Source: Octopus sinensis
Lineage: Eukaryota
Direction: 5' to 3'
NCBI RefSeq assembly: GCF_006345805.1
Contig: NW_021836635.1
Coordinates: 1-23,382, forward strand
DNA: 23,382 nucleotides
How positions within the stretch are numbered: position 1 is the first letter of the stretch; the number at the start of each line of letters is the position of its first letter. The notes beneath the pieces are model-generated. The model searched no databases and was not told the DNA's origin. It saw nothing but the letters and a program-made list of their open reading frames with translations. This document shows positions 11,758-20,225 of this stretch, in pieces. A program made the translations under genes and the position numbers.

Positions 11758-12105
11758 AGGCCATGGGTTATGGTCTCACTTGTCCTGCCAGGTCTTCTCA
11801 CGCACAGCATACTTCCATAGGTCTCGGTCTCTAGTCATTTCCTCGGTGAGACCTAAACTTCGAAGGTCGTGCTTCACCACCTCATCCCAGGTTTTCCTGG
11901 GTCTACCTCTTCCTCAGGTTCTCTCAACCATAGAGGCCATGGGTTATGGTCTCACTTATCCTGCCGGGTCTTCTCACGCACAGCATACTTCCATAGGTCT
12001 CGGTCTCTAGTCATTTCCTCGGTGAGACCTAAACTTCGAAGGTCGTGCTTCACCACCTCATCCCAGGTTTTCCTGGGTCTACCTCTTCCTCAGGTTCTCT
12101 CAACC
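11758..12105. repeat. 172-bp near-perfect tandem duplication covering the RTE ORF2 end and stop codon
   Basis: 11758-11929 and 11934-12105 (period 176) differ at two positions. Confidence 0.95.
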
Positions 12106-13800
12106 GCTAGGGTGTGGCACTTTTTCACACAACTATCTTCATCCATTTTCGCTACATGACCATACCAGCGCAAACGTCTCTCTTACACACCACAACTGAT
12201 GCTTCTTAGGTCCAACTTTTCTCTCAAGGTACTTACACTCTGTTGAGTATGAACACTGACATTACACATCCATCGGAGCATACTGGCTTCATTTCTTGTG
12301 AGCTTATGCATATCCTCAGCAGTCACGGCCCATGTTTCACTACCATGTATCATGGCTGTTCGCACACATGCATCATACAGTCTGCCTTTTACTCTGAGCG
12401 AGAGGCCTTTTGTCACCAGCAGAGGTAAGAGCTCTCTGAACTTTGCCCAGGTTATTCTTACTCTAGCAGTTACACTTTCGGCACACCCACCCCCGCTACT
12501 GACTTGGTCACCTAGGTAATGGAAACTATCAACTATTTTAAGTTTTTTCCCTGGAATGTGGCAGAAGATGGTCTCAGAGCATTTTCAGTCTTTATTGAAC
12601 CAGAGCATCTGCCACATACAAAAACTATCTTCCTAGTTAGCCTTCCTTTGACATTGCTGCACTCCCCACGTGTCCACAGCCCACACCTGGTGCATCTTAT
12701 AGAGTTCCTACCTACGCTTTTTCTACAGATCGAGCAGGGCCATCTACCTGAAGGCGTTTGAGATTTGTCTACCTTCCTACTTATTAGGACTTTGGTTTAG
12801 ATAGATTGACTCTAAGGCCCTTCGATTCTAATCCTTGCTTCCACGCCTGAAACTTCACCTCAAGTTCTGACAGTGATTCAGCAATTAGAGAAAGGTCATC
12901 AGCATAGAGGAGCTCCCAGGGGCATCCTGTCTTGAATTCCTCCGTTATTGCCTGGAGGACTATGATAAATAGGAGGGGGCTGAGGACTGAGCCTTGGTGG
13001 ACCCCAACCTCCACCCGGAATTCTTCACTGTACTCATTGCCAACCCTCACCCCACTAACAGCGTCCCTATACATGGCACGCACAGCTCTCATTAACCATT
13101 CATCAATCCCTTGTTTCCTCATTGACCACCAGATAATGGATCAGGAGACCCTGCCAAAGGCTCTCTCCAAGTCAACGAAATCCAGGTACAGAGTTTTATC
13201 TTTGGCTAGGTATTTCTTCTGATAATTTCCGATAAATAAGCCAGTACTGTATTGTAATTTTTGTTAAGCAGATCATTTGATGTCTGTCTAAGTTCGAGTG
13301 ACTAAATTGCATTTAGAGGACTGTGGGTCAATGCTACTAAATTCAGCTCTCATGCAAGTCAGGATAGTTAGTTGACTGTGGTAATGTTTTCGTTGTAGTT
13401 GTTGTGTACATTATGCATATAGAGTACATGTATTGCATACATACAAGATTATGCATACACCAGACTGTTAGCTCGAGCTTGAACTATTGCACATGTCATT
13501 GCTTCTTGAAATAAGTTACTGTAAGCGTCTAATTATTTGGGGCCATAAAATTTCGCGATTTGTTACAGGCTTTGTCTTTTCTTTACTGATCTTTGCGCCG
13601 TGCTGTTCCTACCATTTTGTGGGGATAGTAAACTACTTTTTTTCTATTTTCTTTAATTAAAAAACTAATAAAAAGTAAAGTGGTTTAATCAAACTTATTA
13701 ATCACTTAATGACATTTTACTTTCCTTTTTTCTCATTTTTCACATATATCATTATCTCGTGTATTTTTTTTTTTTTTCTGCCCTTTATACATTGTGCAGA

Positions 13801-14612
13801 ATGTCAGGACCACCAGCTAAGAAGCAATGTCATTCATCTGAAGAGGTTATTAGAGAATTTCAAGAATACTGGACTGAAAAATGTGGTATGATTAAGAGAG
13901 ACAATAAAGCATTATGTATCTTCTGTTCCAAAACTGTTGTTTGTAGAACTTCTGTAAAAAGGCATTTTGAAAGTGTTCATAAGAGGAACAAAGAGAATTT
14001 CTCATGAACTCAGTAAAACAAAAAAACAGGCTTGATACTTTTATAAGCTTTATCTCAGGCAAGTCCAGTTCCAACTTAGTTGTTGCTAGTTTTGAGGTTT
14101 CAAAAGTTATTTCCCAACATGGAAAGCCACTCAGTGATGGGGAGTATATTAAAGAAGCTTGGCTAGAGTGTGCACCTTTCCTGTTTGACAAATTTTTGAA
14201 AAGGAAAAGATTATTCAATGCATTAAAAAATTGTCTGTGAATAGGAAAACAGTTAAGGATAGAATATTTAAGATGGAGAATAATACTTCTGAACAATTGA
14301 CAATTTGTCTTCATATAAGTTTTTTTTTCAATTTGTACTGATGAAAGTATAGACATTACATCATCAGCTAGGTTAGCCATTTTTTCTTGATTTTGTAAAG
14401 GTGATGAAATATGTGATGAGATGGTTGCCCTTTTCAACCCAGTTAGTACACTGCCTGAGTGTACCAACTGGGCTGAAATATGTAAAGCAGCTGTGAATGA
14501 AAATAACTGAGTTAATTATTGGCAGACATATCTTTTTAATATATTGATTTATATGAATCAAAATTCATTTGTTTCATGCCATGGCAGTGCCATGCCAGGT
14601 GTGAAATCTGTA
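13801..14612 (+). pseudogene. hAT-superfamily transposase remnant (GTF2IRD2/EPM2AIP1/SPIN-like N-terminal half)
   Basis: MSGPPAKK..., a BED-like CIFC..KRHFESVH, VASFEVS..I..HGKPLSDGEYIKEA, LS.NRKTV..RI, and the first catalytic Asp motif CTDESID (Asp at 14340). It has frameshifts and a stop. No TIRs were recognised. Confidence 0.8.
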
Positions 14613-14618
14613 GACAAG

Positions 14619-14882
14619 ATCATCATCATCATTGTTCGACCGTGGTCGAGACTAAATTCCATAGTCTTTTCAAATGGCTAATAATGTGTGCGCGCGCCAC
14701 TACTACACACATTGGAAAGCATTGTACAACCAAGTACTAAAGAAGATCTTTCCTCCTCCATGAAACAAAGCTGTTCCCGCTGGACGTCAACCAGTATTTC
14801 TAAGCTACGGACCCAGTGATTTATTGCAAGGTTATCTCCCTAGATAGATTGCCTTCACTACGGCTAAGGAGCCCTTTCTACC

Positions 14883-14884
<2 letters not shown>
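14619..14884 (-). mobile_element. Short non-coding retroposon with an (ATG)n tail and 3' stem-loop, possibly an internally deleted RTE derivative
   Basis: (CAT)n on the + strand at 14619-14633 and a TCGACC-GT-GGTCGA hairpin at 14636-14649. The - strand 5' part, ggcaatctatctagggaga, resembles RTE 5' UTR motifs from recall. Confidence 0.45.

Positions 14885-14921
<37 letters not shown>
14885..14921. repeat. Perfect (AT)n microsatellite
   Basis: Directly visible. Confidence 0.97.
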
Positions 14922-14924
<3 letters not shown>

Positions 14925-16410
14925 GAAAGCTTTGATGAAAAAGTGTTTTTTTCACATGTTGAACTGGAGTGAAAAACATAAAAAGAACAAAAATGCACAG
15001 AATATATGTATATATATAATATATATATATACTAACTTTAATGACACTTTAGAAACTATTATGAAGTAATATAATGTACTATTGACTATGTATATTTGCA
15101 TCTAGGTATTAATTTGTGTATGTTTATTATCACAATATTAAGTCGAAAAACTGAGACATTGGGTGTGGAACACATATATATGTTTACTAATATATATATA
15201 TATATTTAAGGCACAAGTTACCCTATATTTAGATTTTTATACTTTATTTAGTAAGGATTCTTTTTCTTGTAACAATAGTCTAATCAGATTATTTCATGAC
15301 ATTGTTTTACTTTTCGAAGTAATTATTTTTATTTCATAACTTAGACAGTTCAATATTTAAAATATAAGGAAATAATTTTAATACATTTCAACTTTCAACT
15401 CAATGCATAGCAATAAAAAAATGAGCATAGTATTGTTACATAATTGTTTATCAATGCTTTGCTTTCTAGTATTTGTTGGTTTGCTCTTTCTTAATTCATG
15501 TTTAGTTTAAACCGTAAACCTGTTGCTGTTTGCTTATGAAAATCTCCATCCCATAATTGTTTCATTGTATCACAAAATTGTCCTTTACCATCCAATCTGT
15601 AAAGAAAGATAAAGGAAATTATTCTCTTTTAAATATTATTTTTAGATGTGAAAACATTAAATATTTTAAAAATCAATTTTTTAACAGGAGAAGGTGCATT
15701 AATTTAAGATTGGACAGATATGGATCTTTACATTTAGACTAAATGCTGATGTTAATCCAAAGTGAACAAAATACTTGTGGAGGTAGGAGGAAACTAATTT
15801 TTTAGGACTGATCTTGGATCTGAGAAGGAAAATTTTTTGATTGAGGTGTTTTTAGCCAGTACTAAGAATGTATAAAAGGAGAAGGAAGAGTGGGTTAAAC
15901 AATGTGGGTGTAGGTAATGTATTAATCAAAAAATGGAATTAAAACTATTAATACTATATGTTGGTGTGCAGGATGGAATTTGAACCTTAAAGAAATCACT
16001 CCAAAACCAGGAAACATCTTAAACACCTAGTATAAAATCCTAACCATAACATGCTGTGGTTTAGAGTGTCACCAATGGCCATGGAGAACAGAGTAAAACA
16101 CTTGTATACATTCAAATGAAACTTAACAGATTATCATTGTCGTCATCATTTAATATCTGTTCTCCATGTTGCCATAGGTTGGCCAGATGTGTTTAAGAAG
16201 CTAGATTAATGGTAAGGATAGAGTTTACAAGCTAGCATTTACAAATTAAGGGAAAAAACATAGTTTACTTTATCGATGTTTATTAAAACATGCTTCCAGG
16301 AAAAACACTTAGCAATAAGGGCAATATTCTAACAGTCACAAAGGCATTGGACTCTGCCTCACTCATCTTCCAGCCACTGCATCAAGAGTGAAATATCATC
16401 AAACAAAACC

Positions 16411-17842
16411 TTTTTGCCAGGTTTTGTTTGATGATCAGGTGTAATAGGTAGGAGCATCAGCATACAGCAGTGATCTGGCAAAGTTGTCTTCTGCACACAG
16501 TTTGAAGAAAGCTGTGAGTTTTTTTGACTGTGAACAGTTGGCCTGTTCTTGGGCATTGTCCTCAGTGAAACAGATATGTTGACCATTTTCAAGATGAACA
16601 TCTAGATCCATAACTGGTGGATACCACTCGTGGATGTTGAATCCATTCAAATGCCACATAGCCTCATTAGCAGAAACATATCTGCCAAGTTGATATCCTC
16701 TAATTTCATCCCCTTCTCGACCCTCCTTTTTTAGTTCAGCAGCTGCCATATTGGACCCTTTCTTGATGTACATGCATATGTACTTGATGCTTTTAACAGA
16801 ATTGCATGCCTTATTGTTCACATCGGCTCCGAATATTTTTGATAGCAAGGGATTGTTGGGAACAATCCATCGGTTGTCCACTCAAACTGTATTGTTTCAG
16901 TTTTGTTTGTTTGCTCGTTTTTCTGCTTTAGTGGTATTATTGCCATAAATCCACTGTTCTCAGGGCTGCATCACCTGTAGAGTAGATATCTGTCACGTCC
17001 TGTGTGCGTTTCTGGGACAAATACCCTCGGGTACCTCTTGGTGCACATACCGTCCTTCATGCAAGGTGAAGCACTGTTAGGGCCCATGCATCATGTGCCT
17101 CTTGACAATGCTGTACAAATCACTATCTTGCTTGGGGTTTTGGGAGTTCAGTGCTGATTATTCAATCCACAGAGTTAGAGTGGATTTTTTCTTTGCACCA
17201 AATCTAGGTATGAGAATGAGGTAAACCCCCTTTTTTGCCACTCGATGATGTACATCCAAGCATTGAGTCCTCAGAATATTTTTCTGTCCTTCAGCAGCCA
17301 CAACACCTTTTTCTGTCTCAGGTTGAACACTCTTGTGATCAGGTCATGTCTTTCACTACTGTTCTGACCTTCAAAGAGGTAGTCTTGAATTTCGGGCTAC
17401 TTGGAGTTGCAGGTAAAGGTGATGAAAAGATCAGGTGCACCGAATTTGTGAACCTACAAAAGTCAAAGGTAAGATGACACATTTACCAACATTGTGTCCA
17501 TCGCCATCTTTATTCAGAGCATCTTGGATATTGTGGTATCCCTTGGACCTCAATTGCTTTTGACTCAGTCAAATAAAAAGCAAGTGTTCAGTTTGCATTT
17601 TTTGCATACATGTCCACAATGAACTGGCTTGTTAGCATCTTGAACTGCAGAAGATGGTTGAGTTCTCCTTCTCTCTTTCATAAGACGATATGCATAGAAT
17701 TATCTGCAAGATATCTTTTTGTTGGTCGGCATATCAGTTGCCGAGTTAACTTGGTAAAGCTCATGGTGATAACCATCTTCTCCATAGGGGAACATCAATA
17801 GGTACTGCAGGCAGTTATAAGACCCATATGTCTTCATAATGT
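16411..17842 (-). mobile_element. Helitron RepHel remnant (Rep/HUH domain region), pseudogenised
   Basis: SY..LQY.L.F..GEDGY, motif 1 PDLFITFTCN (~17407-17436), HUH motif EWQKRG/LPHSH (~17208-17244, +1 frameshift), DNRWIVP.NP, Y2 motif KSIKYICMYIKKG (Tyr codons 16782 and 16770), GRYVSANEA.W, VHLENGQ and LTAFF.LC..D.FAR.LLY. No helicase or termini are visible. Confidence 0.93.
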
Positions 17843-17845
17843 TTG

Positions 17846-18240
17846 TACTCCAACCAACCAGGGCAGGTAACATACTGGATCTCTGCTTCACAAATAATAT
17901 GGATCTCATGTGAAAGTGACACCGACGCTACTCTTGGATCACAACATGGTAGAGCTGACCATGTACGGACCAAAGGAAACTATAGACATGCAGCCTATAA
18001 GAAACTCTCAGAATCTTTCCAATTTGAACTTCCTTAAGGCAAACTGGAAACAAATTGAGAAAGAGATCCTCAAACAAAACTGGCCTAAATGTCTCTCCTT
18101 GCCAGACATCGACATGAAACTTCAACAATTCATGTCTGTAATGCAAGCCATATGCTACAAATATGTCCCAGAGAGAAAGGCCACTGTACACAAGAACAAA
18201 ATCCCCAGAGAGAGGAAAATTCTTATGAGACGGCACACCA
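17846..18240 (+). mobile_element. Internal APE/linker fragment of the CR1-group LINE family
   Basis: Roughly 90% identical by eye to 19789-20165. It is truncated at both ends. Confidence 0.9.
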
Positions 18241-18788
18241 ATTTACAATTAACACCAACATACAATTCACAATGAAACACAACCATGAGGAACTCCCATT
18301 CCTAGACATAAAAAATAAACAAAAAAATAGAAACAGACATTTTTTACAAGACCACAGACACTAAATAATATCTGTTATCTAGCTCATGTAACCCGAGATA
18401 TTTCAAAACAAATATTACTTCAGCCTTGCAAGAAGGATTTGCACTATAGTATTCAGAAAAAAAAAAATGCCAGAGAACTAAGATTGCAAGAGCTTAAGAA
18501 TGTACTCCAGGACAGGCACTACCCAATTCAACTCATAAATGAAGGAATTAAATGTACAAAATCAATTAATATTAAAACATTAAGAAAAGCCAAATACAAC
18601 AACACATCTACCCTCAAAGCACTACCTTATATCTCCATATACATCTCCAGAAACAAAGAAACATTTAATGTCAACGTCTAGTCTTCCAATACTCCATAGG
18701 GACCACAAACTTAAAGAGATTCTATGTAACCATAAAATCATTAAGAGCAGCAAACAGCCTAAGACATTGAAGAAAATTCTCACCAATG
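18241..18788 (+). mobile_element. Penelope-like element, left part (RT C-terminus, thumb and linker), 5'-truncated
   Basis: NIQFTMKH..ELPFLDI (LPFLD 18293-18307), ETDIFYKTTDTK.YL..SSC.P, LARRICTIV, RLQELK..L..RHYP, LPYI and KQPKTLKKILT across frameshifts. Confidence 0.85.
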
Positions 18789-19069
18789 AAGATGAAACAG
18801 CCAAGGATAGAAGCAAACCTGACTATCCATATACCAAAAAGGATAGAAAGAGACAGCGCACACGAATGTGTAAATTCTACCTGAAAGGTGTCTGCTGGCA
18901 TGGAGAGGAAGGTGCAGGCTGCCGTTTTGCACACCAAAGACCCTGCCACATAAACATGAAACAGGGCAGAAACCAACTACCAAAAGGAAAAGGAATGGAC
19001 CACGCACCACCTGCCCCAAAACGGAGGTACGCAGATGTAGTGCATGCTACAAACCACCAACGTTATTGA
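18789..19069 (+). pseudogene. LINE ORF1 remnant with a CCCH zinc finger
   Basis: CKFYLKGVCWHGEEGAGCRFAH is C-x7-C-x8-C-x3-H at 18869-18934. It lies immediately upstream of the APE start. Confidence 0.7.
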
Positions 19070-19236
19070 AAGGGCAGCTGCTGAACAAGAATCTTTTTGT
19101 GCATGGCACAAAAGATTGTACAGCAGCTAACCTGGCTCCATTAAACTCACAGATGGGACTATCCTCAATACACAAGACCGCCACAGCAAATTGACCCAAG
19201 CTGGACACCACCAGCAACAGCACACACATCACCTCG

Positions 19237-20225
19237 ATGCTCCTACTGAACATCAGAGGACTGCTAACACTCAGTAACAGGACAAAAATCCCTTTCTTGA
19301 GAGACCTTGTTGCATGCAATCAAGCCTTATGAATAGCACTTACGGAAACACACCTGAAACCGGACATAGCAGATGCGGAGTTACACATACCACAGTATGT
19401 TGTACTACGGACCGACAGAAAAGAAAGGAGTCACGGAGGAGTTGCTATGTACATCCGCGAGGACCTCACATCCTAGGTCCTTTTGTCATACTCAAATTCG
19501 GTGTGTGACACATTAATTGTACATATAAGGCAACTTGGTATAGTTATATGTGCTACATATTGCCCTCCAGATGCTCCAAGCCATGTAGGCAAGTTTGAAG
19601 ACTGCCTTATAAAAATAGAAGTTCTAGTCACATTAGAACAACACATAAGTGTACTTCTTATGGGAGACTTCAATCTGCCCAATGTCTGATGGCCCGAGGG
19701 CCTTTCTCTCCCAGGAATGACACGATGCGAACAAGGACAGGCAAGATCCCTCCTGAACCTCATCAACACTCTGTACATGGAGCAAATAATACTCCAACCA
19801 ACCAGTGCAGGTAACATACTGGATCTCATCCATAATGTGAAAGTGACACCGACACTACTCTCGGATCACAACATGGTAGAGCTGACCATGTACGGGCCAA
19901 AGGAAACTATGGACATGCAGTCTACAAGAAACTCAGAATCTTTCCAGCTTGAACTTCCATAAGGCAAACTGGAAACAAATTGAGAAAGAGATCCTCAAAC
20001 AAAACTGGCCTGAATGTCTCTCCTCGCCAGACATCGACGTGAAACTTCAACAATTCATGTCTGTAATGCAAGCCATATGCTACAAATGTGTCCCAGAGAG
20101 AAAGGCCACTGTACACAAGAACAAAATCCCCAGAGAGAGGAAAATTCTAATGAGACTGCGTACAAAAGTTTCAAATCGCCTAAACAAATTGAAAGCAGTG
20201 AAAAGTTCCGCCTGAAAATAAAACT
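19237..20225 (+). pseudogene. Disrupted APE domain and linker of LINE ORF2
   Basis: MLLLNIRGL...IALTETHL..DRKERSHGGVAMY, YCPP, MGDFNLP and SDHN. It has an in-frame TGA (TGC in the 37-952 copy), several frameshifts and a 24-nt deletion. Confidence 0.88.

Larger units (their letters stand above)
11166..13222 (-). mobile_element. 5'-truncated RTE LINE with RT C-half, PHD-like finger, 3' UTR and (ATG)n tail
   Basis: FVDLERAF, GVHQGSVLSPLLF, LLYADD (YADD 12895-12906), GLRVNLSK, YLGD, HGSETW and RWYGHV. The tail (CAT)n on the + strand is at 11166-11182. A few frameshifts and stops are present. Confidence 0.92.

Noticed and set aside
11123-12159. Several + and - strand ORFs including a poly-His peptide
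   Set aside because: These are antisense or UTR frames of the RTE element. The His run is the (CAT)n tail.
13230-13800. hAT terminal inverted repeat or E2F-like sites (TTTCGCG, TTTGCGCC)
   Set aside because: No matching TIR pair was found, and short motifs alone are not supportable.
16411-18240. Helentron-type Rep-helicase-APE fusion
   Set aside because: The APE is on the opposite strand, upstream of Rep, and about 90% identical to the neighbouring CR1-group LINE.
18215-18780. GAAAATTCT at 18215-18223 and 18772-18780 as a TSD around the PLE fragment
   Set aside because: LINE homology continues past the first copy and PLE homology continues past the second (resuming at 22262), so these are not insertion boundaries.
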